The position numbers and the translations under genes are program-made. Under the pieces are notes generated by a model. The model was not told where the DNA came from. It worked only from the letters and a program-made list of their open reading frames with translations, and made no database searches. Source: a virus. Taken from it: a stretch of DNA of 64,000 bases. The stretch is from positions 32,001 to 96,000 of the IMG/VR virus record IMGVR_UViG_3300045988_123324. One strand, given 5' to 3'. Shown piece by piece: positions 11,301 through 20,381 of the stretch (positions are counted from its first letter, which is position 1; each line of letters begins with the position of its first letter).

Positions 11301-14300
11301 ATATGGATCACTGTTATTTTGCGCCGCAAATTCAAACAAACCTTCACGCCGTTCTTTCCTCCACTGTGCAATTCCTGTTGCAAGACCAGCAGGTGAGCCA
11401 TCTGCATAATGATCCATATGTTCATTTTGTGGATTATCTAATGATTCGCCCTTTAGAGCAGCTATGATTCCTCTTGCAATAGCATCACTATATCCCTGAG
11501 AAGTAAGGAATCTATATGCTATTTCTTCATTTGTCATTCCTTGTGTATTTTCCGCATTAAGACCTATTGCTGGCGGTTGTCCTGGAACTGCAACACTTTT
11601 CTTTGATGACGTTGGCATACCATAACCGAATACAGCATTTATCATATCATCTCTTGATTGCTCATTTCTTGCTATTGCCTCTGATACACCACGGATTCCA
11701 TCTACTGCATTTCCAAGTTTCTTTTCATTTTCTCGTATTGCTCGTTCTACATCATGAAGTGCTTTTACTTTTTCATATTCATTATTAAACTGAGAGCCTT
11801 GTATTGTCTTTAATTCTTCTTGCGCTTCTTGTAGCCTTAGTTCAGCTTCTTGCTTTTCAATTTCTGCCTTTTGTGTGTAATAGTCTTTAATTGACATGAA
11901 TCCTTCGTCAAAGGCTATTTTGTTTTTATCTAGAATATCTTTTAAATCATCAAGTGATTCTTTCAGTGCATCTTTTAAGCCTTGAATATGCTCCCTCATA
12001 GCCGCCTGTGATGCCTTTATTGCTTCTTGCCGTGCTTTCTTATTTGCCTTTTCATCACTCTCTGGATTAGGATTACCTTTTACATCATTTAGTCCAACCT
12101 TTTTAGCCGAGCCTGTTTGACGCTCCATAGTCTTTTTAAGGTCTTTTATTCCTTGTTCTAATGATTCTGTTAATGTACCTTTCTTACTTAGTTCCCCGTA
12201 TCTTTCAGTTAAGTATTTCTGAAAACTATACCCGTCGGCTGACCATGTTTTTTCTGAAAGGTTATGATTCCATTCTACTGAATTTTTAAAGTCTTTTGCA
12301 GAATTTAGCGCCCAATTATTCACACGCCCAAGAGATTCTTTTACCCCAGTATCATCTATGCCGAAAAATTTCTTAACCCCGCTTGGTAAAGCATCAACTG
12401 CTGAAAGTAGTGCCTTTGCAATACCTGCTCCAAGCATAACAAAGGAAGAATAAAGTATTTTTACTTTCGCACCAATTAGTTGGAGTAACCTAATAACAGC
12501 CATTATTGGGGCTTCCATAATGGTAAATGCTTCAACAATTACGTCTCCAACCCATGTTGCGGCTCTTGCAAGTTCAAAGAATATTTGAATAGCATCCTTG
12601 ACAAGTTCAATAATTGCATCTATCGGATCTTCTGTTCCAGTGAGTTGTTCCAAAAATGCAATAAATCCATCTGCCAATTCTGCAATCATTTCTATTATTT
12701 CAGGCAGTGCTTCTTTTAGTTTCTCTATTGCCTCTGTTGGAATAAATTTTGCTTCTCCAACTTCACTATCTACATCAAGTCCACCTTGAACAATGTTCTT
12801 TTGTGCATCTAGTCCATAATCTTTTCCTTTTTGTTTCCACTTATTATCGACAATATCGAACTCGTTGCCCATCTCGTCTACCCATTTACCAGTAGCATTG
12901 GTAATGGTGTTAAATAGTCCCATAAACATTGGGGCTACATTTTCAACAATATCTGAGCTTACTTTTAACAATCTATCTTGCATACGTTCAAATGCACCGA
13001 CAGGTGTATTTGAATATTCTTCTAACATTTCTTTGTAGCTTTCAAACTTCTGCATTAGATAGTCAAATCTTGCATCTACATCGTCACCGAATTTTTTCAA
13101 ATCATCATTTGTAATATGTAGTGCATTTGCTACCTGTGATGAACGAGATGTTATACTATTCTGTGCTATATCTCTTGTTTCTTGAAGAACCTGATTTGGT
13201 GCTAACTGTAGTGTCTTTGCCGTCGCAGCTATGCCTTTATTTACTCTATATGCTTGGTCAAGGCTCATGCCCTTACTCATTAGCATTGGTAGAGTACCCT
13301 GCAAAGATTCAATTATTTCTGAAAAATCAAATACTGATTTTTCTGCATCAAGCATAGCCTTATTCATTAGTTTTTGGGATAGTGTTATGGAAGTTGCACC
13401 AGAAGCTTCACCATAGGCATCTTTAAATCCTTTTCCGCCAACATATCCCTGTGACTGTATCGCCGCAGCCATACCATATGTAGCCTTAGACTTCTTTACA
13501 TATAGTTCTATTCCTGGTTTTAACGCTTCATATATAAGCGACACAAGTTGCATTAGTGCATGTCCAAGAGAAGATGTAATGCTTAATAGTGATGAAAACG
13601 CCGCAAATACACCAGTAAGAACAGCAATCCCAGGAAGAATCCTAGCAGCAAATGTTCCAATAGCTCCGCTTGCTCCACCAGTGCCAGCATTTTTAGCAAG
13701 TTCTCCTAGTTGATATGCCGCAACTTCTAGTGCTGAACCAAAGCCCTTACTTGCGCGACCGATTGAGTAGATAGCATTGGAAGATGCTTTTGCATACCAA
13801 GGTGCCTCGTCAATATGATTATCTTTTCTTAGCAGGTCATCAACTTCGTATTCTCTTCCACCAGTATGTCTTTGTAGTCTACTCCTAGACCTGCGATTAG
13901 TTCCATCAGACAATCCAGTTTCTACCCTATTTGCTCTTGCATTTATATTTATATTACTGTTTCTCTTAATATCCGCAATCGCGTCTCTTATCTTTCCTAG
14001 AGTGCTTAATACGCCTTTATCTTCTAATGTTGTTGTAATCTTCTTATTTCCAGTTATTGAATCTAGGATCTTGCCAAGAGATACTGCTTTTGAGGTTGTA
14101 TCTTCAAACCCGCTTGGTTTAATGTTTACAGAATTACTCCCAGATAGTCCTTTTAATGCACTGCCTACTCTTGAGATTGCGCTCTCTGCACCCCTTGCAC
14201 TAGACGCATCAATATTTATTGACTTTCCCCTAATATTGTCTAGTTGCTTTCTAATGGATGCTATTTTTGACGTTACTTCTTTATCATCAAAATTAGTCTT

Positions 14301-14507
14301 TATCTTTGCAGTAAGTCCATCAAGTTGCTTTCTTAAACTGCTTAGTTCTTTATCTACTGATGCACTATCTACTCCTAATTTAATATTTCCTTGAAGTGAC
14401 TTTGTTGCGCCCTCTATTGCTTTGTTTAATTCTTTTATCTCTGCAATAGCTTTATCAGCTTTTGCTTTAAACTCAACTTCTTGTACTACTTTTGCCAAAC
14501 TATTCAT
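8313..14507 (-). CDS. tail tape measure protein with embedded lysozyme-like domain
   Basis: 2064 aa with coiled-coil repeats and Gly-rich hydrophobic segments, located directly after the frameshifted chaperone pair. Internal stretch EEIAYRFLTSQGYSD..GIAQWRKER resembles phage tail-tip lysozyme domains. Confidence 0.9.
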   Translation of the reverse strand: MNSLAKVVQEVEFKAKADKAIAEIKELNKAIEGATKSLQGNIKLGVDSASVDKELSSLRKQLDGLTAKIKTNFDDKEVTSKIASIRKQLDNIRGKSINIDASSARGAESAISRVGSALKGLSGSNSVNIKPSGFEDTTSKAVSLGKILDSITGNKKITTTLEDKGVLSTLGKIRDAIADIKRNSNININARANRVETGLSDGTNRRSRSRLQRHTGGREYEVDDLLRKDNHIDEAPWYAKASSNAIYSIGRASKGFGSALEVAAYQLGELAKNAGTGGASGAIGTFAARILPGIAVLTGVFAAFSSLLSITSSLGHALMQLVSLIYEALKPGIELYVKKSKATYGMAAAIQSQGYVGGKGFKDAYGEASGATSITLSQKLMNKAMLDAEKSVFDFSEIIESLQGTLPMLMSKGMSLDQAYRVNKGIAATAKTLQLAPNQVLQETRDIAQNSITSRSSQVANALHITNDDLKKFGDDVDARFDYLMQKFESYKEMLEEYSNTPVGAFERMQDRLLKVSSDIVENVAPMFMGLFNTITNATGKWVDEMGNEFDIVDNKWKQKGKDYGLDAQKNIVQGGLDVDSEVGEAKFIPTEAIEKLKEALPEIIEMIAELADGFIAFLEQLTGTEDPIDAIIELVKDAIQIFFELARAATWVGDVIVEAFTIMEAPIMAVIRLLQLIGAKVKILYSSFVMLGAGIAKALLSAVDALPSGVKKFFGIDDTGVKESLGRVNNWALNSAKDFKNSVEWNHNLSEKTWSADGYSFQKYLTERYGELSKKGTLTESLEQGIKDLKKTMERQTGSAKKVGLNDVKGNPNPESDEKANKKARQEAIKASQAAMREHIQGLKDALKESLDDLKDILDKNKIAFDEGFMSIKDYYTQKAEIEKQEAELRLQEAQEELKTIQGSQFNNEYEKVKALHDVERAIRENEKKLGNAVDGIRGVSEAIARNEQSRDDMINAVFGYGMPTSSKKSVAVPGQPPAIGLNAENTQGMTNEEIAYRFLTSQGYSDAIARGIIAALKGESLDNPQNEHMDHYADGSPAGLATGIAQWRKERREGLFEFAAQNNSDPYHILTQLAYLVKELNDTQKAYFEEALAYYNENGQTAEAMTYAFTKFVERPADKEGEGIGRQRFLPAINDILASANAQNRAASAQQSAAEAMNNASSQMEGVEKTLVSSSGELMGYTPDKEHNFHGFDTRYLNFDDFNESGESLDRVQENVRMAVNLLAKMYYEQTHERLEPTSFTGSDKHSSGGNWGHYQGWKMDVSKLMNKAVLEELLRQFGVGAGWEGDHWDVSFGKGGVGGQQITANSTGEDWYNKMMGARWQSGSLVPGGSYQTHASNTQIESETNKQLEKFNEDILQITADSQSNILDIYGEDYKAALAAKTLQIREKYKKVAKKILTEMPEGADRDKLLVALKTNFLAELNQAESGLLERRLDYNLKAAKTWGEYAGFETFQRNPGSMDLSTFMQKYMKYFYDDVNNPLSPSFVMDKMWSKVRDFEAIGQVDKAQDLREKILKAFDTLGEIFNQYINQITTYHGNYDKWVDTTDMTSYQKTFAHREIKARENEQKAQVYGTWLEAVNKSLGQYDEQLTNVNNSLAKYIELERLAKDANEKNEYRNKIAVLKSEQEGLRLQKQKLVMRGQDIKSAKLLAEEESHQPELLRDLRKEAKQAFADGLNKFLTDGINSANSLGDALKNMIVDFLKTMQKFFADRLTTNLMETLFPTRSARKYGTDENGNPQDQYASTMALRGESTSSQIWQGRHKLQNNPLVMTTISPMQGIDISQPNLHPWEKKGAFQVKNSPLDKVDYKGNALNSLTGFGTQLQNATLYLGNFGAGTDSATKATQDMAQSITNSAVGDDAGNQIAQVTQTIGQNLEMAGQGLVQAINTITNSLGGMGFGGGSMLGGLPITGFGIGGGNRGAKPSLGKHADGGLISGIGTGTSDSIPAMLSNGEFVVKASAVRQMGTNFLNAVNNGNLSKIRAHLPRFADGGTVGDAQQETARGMTSFAEKVGTSVSTTNNMSIAVVDNKEQAMEHFMKTKGERYILDTVRGTGRAFAQMSFSN

Positions 14508-14515
14508 CTCCTCCT

Positions 14516-14546
14516 AAATAAAAAAAAGCCCTACTTTTGCAGGGCT
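14516..14546 (-). terminator. intrinsic terminator-like hairpin between the chaperone genes and the tape measure
   Basis: Minus strand reads AAGCCCTGCAAAAGTAGGGCTTTTTTTTATTT. It starts right after the GT stop, and its U-tract abuts the AGGAGG RBS of the tape measure. Confidence 0.6.
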
Positions 14547-15241
14547 TTATTTTCTCATATCCTCAAGAAGTTTCGGTATCTTCTTACTTCCACCAAACGC
14601 ACCAGATATTCCGACCATTACGCCCTCGATAAAGTCGGCGTTTTGTCTCATATCATATTTTATGCACTTCTCATAAAACATGGAAATCTCATCTTTTGAG
14701 TAGGTATGTATTATTTTTTCTTTATCATGACCATGAGCAACAAGTGTATTTATTGCATCATATATGGTTACTTCTACTTCTCCTTTTTTGATCTCTTCTT
14801 CTTTGGAGTCAGGTTTGCGTTTAGCTTGCTCCAACAATTCACGAAAAAACCCTTGTTTATCTTGTAAACCTCGGTAAGTAGATCAACACCCTCAAGGCAA
14901 TCGACACTCTCTACTTCTTCCTCTGTCATATTAGTTGATTTAAGAATGATGTATCTAATAATGTCAACACTATCATCACCAATAAGTCCAAGAAGGTCTA
15001 TAATACCTGTCATGCGAACTCCATTGATTTCTTCCTGTGATGCTCCCTCTTTTCGATACATAATCTTATTGAGTGAAATATCAAATATCTCTGGATTACC
15101 TAGCACCTTTGCAACAAGATCACTAATCTTAGCCGCAATTCGGATGGTGTCAAGAAGCGCAATGCGCTTTACTGTAACCATCTTACCCCCTACACTCATC
15201 TCTTTTTCTGAGAGAAGTAGATCCATCTCTTTATTTTCCAT
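14547..15241 (-). CDS. tail assembly chaperone -1 frameshift fusion product (gpGT analogue)
   Basis: Zero-frame AAG GGU UUU UUC contains G GGU UUU. Slipping -1 reads ..GFFRELLEQAKRKPDSKEEE.., which is the 14547-14837 ORF. Confidence 0.7.
14774..15241 (-). CDS. tail assembly chaperone (gpG analogue)
   Basis: Located just upstream of the tape measure. Start taken at MENKEMD (GGAGG RBS) because the promoter at 15273-15301 excludes the longer ORF-track start. Its 3' end overlaps the -1 frame ORF. Confidence 0.75.
   Translation of the reverse strand: MENKEMDLLLSEKEMSVGGKMVTVKRIALLDTIRIAAKISDLVAKVLGNPEIFDISLNKIMYRKEGASQEEINGVRMTGIIDLLGLIGDDSVDIIRYIILKSTNMTEEEVESVDCLEGVDLLTEVYKINKGFFVNCWSKLNANLTPKKKRSKKEK
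14846..14852 (-). promoter_or_regulatory. -1 programmed ribosomal frameshift slippery heptamer GGGUUUU
   Basis: X XXY YYZ heptamer in the correct phase, located at the start of the overlap between the two chaperone frames. Confidence 0.7.
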
Positions 15242-15272
15242 GTTTATTTCCTCCTGATAATCGTTATATTTA

Positions 15273-15301
15273 ATTATATCACATTTATCTTTATTTGTCA
15301 A
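15273..15301 (-). promoter_or_regulatory. sigma-A-type promoter TTGACA-17-TATAAT for the chaperone/tape-measure operon
   Basis: Minus strand reads TTGACA, then AATAAAGATAAATGTGA (17 nt), then TATAAT. Confidence 0.7.
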
Positions 15302-15307
15302 ATACCG

Positions 15308-15616
15308 CTACCACCAGCAGGTATAAAAAACTGCCATACCGTTCTTTAGTTCAGCAATAGCTTCATCTACAAGTTCACTATCTTCTGGGTTTTCTTTGGC
15401 TATTTCTCTAAGATCTTTTTCTGTAAGGAATGTTATAGAACAATTAAAATCGTCATAATTGCCTCCTTTTTCCACGAACAATCTTTGCACAAAATCATTC
15501 AGTTTATGATTTTTTCTCCAATAAGCCAATTCGTAAGATCTAAAGTTTTTGTCTTTCTTGATATTAGACAACTTTGCTCTCGCGTCTGTTGAATACATCC
15601 ACGCATCAAGCCCCAT
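15308..15616 (-). CDS. hypothetical protein
   Basis: 102-aa ORF, compactly packed. No motif recognised. Confidence 0.5.
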   Translation of the reverse strand: MGLDAWMYSTDARAKLSNIKKDKNFRSYELAYWRKNHKLNDFVQRLFVEKGGNYDDFNCSITFLTEKDLREIAKENPEDSELVDEAIAELKNGMAVFYTCWW

Positions 15617-15618
15617 TT

Positions 15619-17115
15619 TTATGCCTCCGTATTAAGATTCATTATCCATTTCGTGTTGCCAGCTCTGTAAACTTTTTTAGCACCAAGTCTGCCCATAATA
15701 AAATCTTCTTTATTGTTTGCGTTTTCTGTTACTGCCTCTGCATATAAATCTCCATATAATTCTTTCAACAAATGCAACTGACAAGAAGTTCTTTTTAGTT
15801 CCCTGTTATTATAAAACCAGTAATAGTTTTCTGAAACACCACAATTAGAAAATCCTAACTTTTTATATACATCACCACTAAAGAAGTCATTATCAGAATA
15901 ACTTTTTATGCTTTCTGGTTGATGGTCATTGATAAAATGTTTCAATAGTTTTTCAGCCCCACCAACAATAAAATATTTATCGCTAACTACATATCTATGC
16001 AACTCATATTGATTACCACCACTTTTTGCGAACCTTGGAGTCCCAAAAGACATCAAAGAGATCAACTCATTATTATAATATAAACCATAATTTATCTTGC
16101 ATAGTCTATACCACCCCTGCAAGTGATGTTTTTCAATAAACATTTTTGCAACTTGTAAGTCCACTAATCTAACTGAACAGTTTCTTGCAAAAACCCTTTC
16201 TTTTTGTATCAACAACGATCTTATATATGTTTTTATTTTTTCTTGTTTTTCTGACTTCCAGTCCACGTCAAAAATATTCAAAAGTTTAATTCCCATTGAT
16301 AGTGCAACAGAAAATTTATCATAATGATACGTTTTATTCACATTCTTAAATGCTCCGTTTATTGTGGCATGAAATGGGCTTCCATTATACTCAATTCCAA
16401 TTTTTAGCTGTGGGATATAAATATCAATTTCTTTTCCGTTCAAAATTTTTGCCTTTTCAATGTTTTTATCACCAATAATAGAACAGATAAATTCCTTTAT
16501 TTCTTTTTCTTCTTTTGACCCACAAACATGAACAACACTATGTCCACAAGATGTTGTATGTCCTCTCCTCAGATTATTAGCAGTTACTACAACTTCTTTT
16601 CCACAAGAACATTTGCATTTCCACATCGAGTGTAGATTTTTTCTTCCTACAAATTCAACAACTGTAAGCTCCCCATATGTATGCCCAGTTAAATCATTAA
16701 ACCACTCCGTTTTTGTTCTTTCTTTGTTTATACACCCACACGATGTAACCGCACCAGAAGTAAGGTTATATCCCTGAACAATAGTTTTATTCCCACAAGA
16801 ACATATGCAATTCCAATAATCTTTTCTGTTTTTATCAAAATGGCTAAATGAAACAACACTAAGTCTACCAAACGGTTTTTTCCCCAACAGCCTTGTTGTA
16901 TTTCCATGTTCTTCTTTCCGCAAACATCCACAAGACTTTATTCTTCCAGAATTTAGTCTATCTGCTCTTACTTCACACTCATTTCCACAATCACATTTAC
17001 AGTGCCATTTTTTATTTTCGTCATTAAACCACAACGGAACAAGTCTTTCAAATCTTTTCCCTGTCAAGTCAACAAAATTCCACGGACGTTTATTCCCACT
17101 CATATGGTTCTCCAC
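15619..17115 (-). CDS. putative free-standing homing-type endonuclease: 3 zinc-ribbon repeats, a Vsr/DUF559-like nuclease and a C-terminal HHLQG domain
   Basis: Three repeats of (F.RL.V..n..W.C.C.CGN..V....L.SG...SCGC), followed by GKEIDIYIPQLKIGIEYNGSPFH. Paralogue of 40030-41709 and 46299-47384. Confidence 0.6.
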   Translation of the reverse strand: MENHMSGNKRPWNFVDLTGKRFERLVPLWFNDENKKWHCKCDCGNECEVRADRLNSGRIKSCGCLRKEEHGNTTRLLGKKPFGRLSVVSFSHFDKNRKDYWNCICSCGNKTIVQGYNLTSGAVTSCGCINKERTKTEWFNDLTGHTYGELTVVEFVGRKNLHSMWKCKCSCGKEVVVTANNLRRGHTTSCGHSVVHVCGSKEEKEIKEFICSIIGDKNIEKAKILNGKEIDIYIPQLKIGIEYNGSPFHATINGAFKNVNKTYHYDKFSVALSMGIKLLNIFDVDWKSEKQEKIKTYIRSLLIQKERVFARNCSVRLVDLQVAKMFIEKHHLQGWYRLCKINYGLYYNNELISLMSFGTPRFAKSGGNQYELHRYVVSDKYFIVGGAEKLLKHFINDHQPESIKSYSDNDFFSGDVYKKLGFSNCGVSENYYWFYNNRELKRTSCQLHLLKELYGDLYAEAVTENANNKEDFIMGRLGAKKVYRAGNTKWIMNLNTEA

Positions 17116-19354
17116 TCCAACATTTTGATACCTCTACATCACATCTTAGTGCTGCGTCTATTCCTACACCACCAGCAAGAAACTCTTTTTTCAAAATAGG
17201 TATTGCTTCTTGTAAATGTTCTTTTGGAACGCTCATTCCACATTCGTCATGTATTGTCAGAAGTATATATACTCCAAGCTCTTTTAATCTTTCATTCCTC
17301 GCAATATTTAGCATAGCCCTCTTTGTAATATATGCCGCTGTTGATTGAACAGGGTAATTATAGCATAATCTTTCTGCCTGTGCAATAAATCCACCATTTT
17401 GTTTTATCAGTATTCCTTTGCGTTCTGCTTCACTGATAATTTCTTTTTTCTCGTCTTGTCCCCAAGCATTTTTCATCTTATTCCAGTATAGATTCCTATA
17501 GTAATCAAACTGCCTATCTGTAAGAATCTTATCTTTTTGTGTTATTTCATACTCAGGAAGATTTAAGTCTGGAAGTCTGCGCCGTCCACCATAGAAGTTT
17601 TCAACGTATCCATGCTTTCTCCCAAATTCTACAACATTTTTTAGATATCTAGCAAGATCTGGAAAAGCAACCATAATAGAATCTTTTATTTCCTGTGCCT
17701 TTTCCTTTGATACGTTTAAATCCTCTGCAATAGCCTTTACTCCCTTACCATAGCAAATTCCAAGACAAATTGCCTTTGCATGCTTCCTGCGCTCTTTACC
17801 CTCTTTGTTTGTTGTCCCGTCTGCATTAAACTCTAAGCAGTCCTCATACTTTTTGTTAAATGCAATAGACGCAACATGGCTATAAATGTCTCTGCCAAAA
17901 TTAAACGATTCTAACATCTTTTTTTCATCTGCCAGTGATGCTACTGCCATCATCTCTTGTTGACTGAAATCTAAAAACACAAACACTCTATCCTCACCTG
18001 CGACAAACATATTTCTTATGTCCTTATTTTTCGCAGGGATCTGCTGGGCGTTGGGATTACTGCTTGAAAAGCGCATCGTATCGGTTCCGCACTGATTGAA
18101 ATTCGGATGAATCTTTCCACGGTGTTCAAGTGCATCTTCTGTGAGTTTATCAATGAAAGAACTTATGAGTTTATCATATTTCTTTACTTCTTCTAGTGCT
18201 GAAAAAATTTCCCTTACTCTTGTTCCTTCATATTTTTTCTGCCCCATTACTGCATTTATGACATGTTTTCCTGTCCCTCTTGGTTCTTTTTCAAATATTA
18301 CACCAGTTTTCATAATATCATAAATCAGTATTTGAAGTTGCTTTGGGCTATTGAAATTTACTGGATATTCAATATCTCCCATGACTTCCATGCGGGCGCG
18401 TATTTCTGATTCTAGCGGTTCTATTGATTTAGCAAATTTATGCTGTGCGTCAACCAACAATTTAGTGTATTTTTCTTTTAGCTTATTTGCTGTACTAAAA
18501 TCGAAATTAATCCCGCGAACCTTCATGTCACATACTAATTTCTGTATTGGCATCTCTACTTCCCAGAACAACTTTGAAATACGCTCAAGTTTATAGTCAC
18601 TACACTCTTTTGTTCCTACAGTGAGATATGGTCTAAAGAACTCTCCTAAGTCTAGGCTCATGTCAGCATCTTTAGCCGCATATGGAAAACCAACTTCAGG
18701 TGGTATATAGTTAAATGGTATGCCATCGAACAATTCAGCGAATTTATCTGCTTTTTTACCACCACTACAATACTTACCATATAGATATTTTAACCCATGC
18801 TGTTCGTTCTCATTAAGGAGATGAGATGCAATTAGTGTATCAAATGTAGCCCACAGCCATATACCAAACTGCACCTTAATCAATACTGTATCAAAGTATG
18901 CGTTGTGCATATATATGTCTGCTCCACTATCTGCAAGTATCTGTAGACCCTCTTTTACTTTTTCTTTACTGATCTGTTTATCCAATAGCATATCTGTTAT
19001 TGGGCTTGTATGTCCTATTGGAATATACATGGCTTTCTGAGACGGGCTTTTCATAGACAGACCAACAATATCACACAATATGTTATCCAGAGAAGTAGTC
19101 TCAGTATCAATAGCAAATACACCGTCTTTTGCAGCTTGTCTACAATAGTCCAACCACCAATCCTCATCTGTAATAAGAAGAAAGTTATTTTTTTCTTCTC
19201 CAAGGTTTTTTTCAACGAGCCTACTGATTGATGCAATCTTTTCTATAAGTGTTCCTTTTTTGAGTTTTATCTTTGGTTTGTGTGTTTCTTGTGTTTTCTT
19301 TAATATGTTATGTATATTCTCAGTTGTCCGACATGGTAACTTGAACAATGCCAT
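17090..19354 (-). CDS. family A DNA polymerase with 3'-5' exonuclease domain
   Basis: Exo motifs AIDTETT and HNAYFD. Pol motif A is FLDFSQQEMM, motif B is RRKHAKAICLGICYG, motif C is LTIHDE. Confidence 0.9.
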   Translation of the reverse strand: MALFKLPCRTTENIHNILKKTQETHKPKIKLKKGTLIEKIASISRLVEKNLGEEKNNFLLITDEDWWLDYCRQAAKDGVFAIDTETTSLDNILCDIVGLSMKSPSQKAMYIPIGHTSPITDMLLDKQISKEKVKEGLQILADSGADIYMHNAYFDTVLIKVQFGIWLWATFDTLIASHLLNENEQHGLKYLYGKYCSGGKKADKFAELFDGIPFNYIPPEVGFPYAAKDADMSLDLGEFFRPYLTVGTKECSDYKLERISKLFWEVEMPIQKLVCDMKVRGINFDFSTANKLKEKYTKLLVDAQHKFAKSIEPLESEIRARMEVMGDIEYPVNFNSPKQLQILIYDIMKTGVIFEKEPRGTGKHVINAVMGQKKYEGTRVREIFSALEEVKKYDKLISSFIDKLTEDALEHRGKIHPNFNQCGTDTMRFSSSNPNAQQIPAKNKDIRNMFVAGEDRVFVFLDFSQQEMMAVASLADEKKMLESFNFGRDIYSHVASIAFNKKYEDCLEFNADGTTNKEGKERRKHAKAICLGICYGKGVKAIAEDLNVSKEKAQEIKDSIMVAFPDLARYLKNVVEFGRKHGYVENFYGGRRRLPDLNLPEYEITQKDKILTDRQFDYYRNLYWNKMKNAWGQDEKKEIISEAERKGILIKQNGGFIAQAERLCYNYPVQSTAAYITKRAMLNIARNERLKELGVYILLTIHDECGMSVPKEHLQEAIPILKKEFLAGGVGIDAALRCDVEVSKCWSGEPYEWE

Positions 19355-20105
19355 CTGATTTACACCTTTTCTTATACCTACAATATTGACAAACTTTTCT
19401 ATCTACGTCTGGTTTCTCTGGAATAGTATTTTCGTCCGCGAACTTATTCGCTCTATATATCAAATCCCTAATATCATTCTTTTCTTCTTGTGTTGGTGTA
19501 AAGACCATAGCTTTCTTTGTAAGTAGATCTCTATCCTCAAACAAAAACATAACATCAGGAATCTGCATTAAGTAACTATAGCACGTTGCTTGAAGTTTAT
19601 ACTCATCTGGTATTTCATCTTTGATTTTCATAAACTTCATGCTCATCATAGTTTTTATCTCTAATATAAAATATTTTCCATTATTATTTTTGATTATGCC
19701 GTCACACATATATGATACTCTATTTTTATCATCATATAGATGTAATTCATGGTCTGTCTTTTCACCAATGCGAAGATCTAGTCCTTTTTCTTTAACATAT
19801 TCTTCAACATCTACGAACTCCCACGACGGCATATGTGTGATATACTCTTGAAGTGTCTCATGCCTATATGTTCCTATTTCTGTTATTCCCCTGAGATTGT
19901 AACTTCTCTTTTCATCCTCAACAGGTGTTGATAACAATTTATATACAATCTGCCTAATACACTTGAGGGAAGAAGGTGTTATATTTGCTGATGGAGGTCT
20001 TTCTTCCCCAAACTTCTCTATATAATTAGTAAGAGAAAACAAAAACTCTTTAGCATCATCTTTCTTTGCAGATGCAAGCAACTCATATAATGACTTTCTC
20101 CCCAT
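19320..20105 (-). CDS. PD-(D/E)XK RecB/Cas4-like exonuclease
   Basis: CDG...YFILEIKT (D..ExK) core and a C-terminal Cys cluster CQYCRYKKRC. Confidence 0.65.
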   Translation of the reverse strand: MGRKSLYELLASAKKDDAKEFLFSLTNYIEKFGEERPPSANITPSSLKCIRQIVYKLLSTPVEDEKRSYNLRGITEIGTYRHETLQEYITHMPSWEFVDVEEYVKEKGLDLRIGEKTDHELHLYDDKNRVSYMCDGIIKNNNGKYFILEIKTMMSMKFMKIKDEIPDEYKLQATCYSYLMQIPDVMFLFEDRDLLTKKAMVFTPTQEEKNDIRDLIYRANKFADENTIPEKPDVDRKVCQYCRYKKRCKSDGIVQVTMSDN

Positions 20106-20111
20106 GATTTA

Positions 20112-20381
20112 TCAAATAGCTCCCTCTACAACATATGGAACAATTTGATATTTTGATGTTATTCCACCAAAAAGTTCCTTTTCCTTTCGATTAAGTTCAC
20201 TAATTCGCACATACGCATCTGCCTCTGTCTCAAACACTTCTGGTTTATTACCAATAGTAACATATTCAACACCATTATCTGTGTCAGAAATAATAGCATA
20301 CATATTTTTCTGCACATAAACTTTCTTTGTCGATATATCAAATATATTCGATGTCTTTTTCTTTCTTGCCAAATTTATCAC
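20112..20381 (-). CDS. hypothetical protein
   Basis: 89-aa ORF whose start overlaps the upstream gene's stop by 4 nt. Confidence 0.45.
   Translation of the reverse strand: MINLARKKKTSNIFDISTKKVYVQKNMYAIISDTDNGVEYVTIGNKPEVFETEADAYVRISELNRKEKELFGGITSKYQIVPYVVEGAI

Noticed and set aside
8395-14394. Plus-strand ORFs nested antisense in the tape-measure gene (for example 8395-8901 and 14002-14394)
   Set aside because: They have low-complexity Ser/Pro/Leu-rich translations, no RBS, and are fully overlapped by a long, well-supported minus-strand gene.
15242-15301. Longer start of the chaperone ORF (MTNKDKCDII...)
   Set aside because: These codons coincide with the TTGACA-17-TATAAT promoter, so the mRNA probably starts downstream of them.
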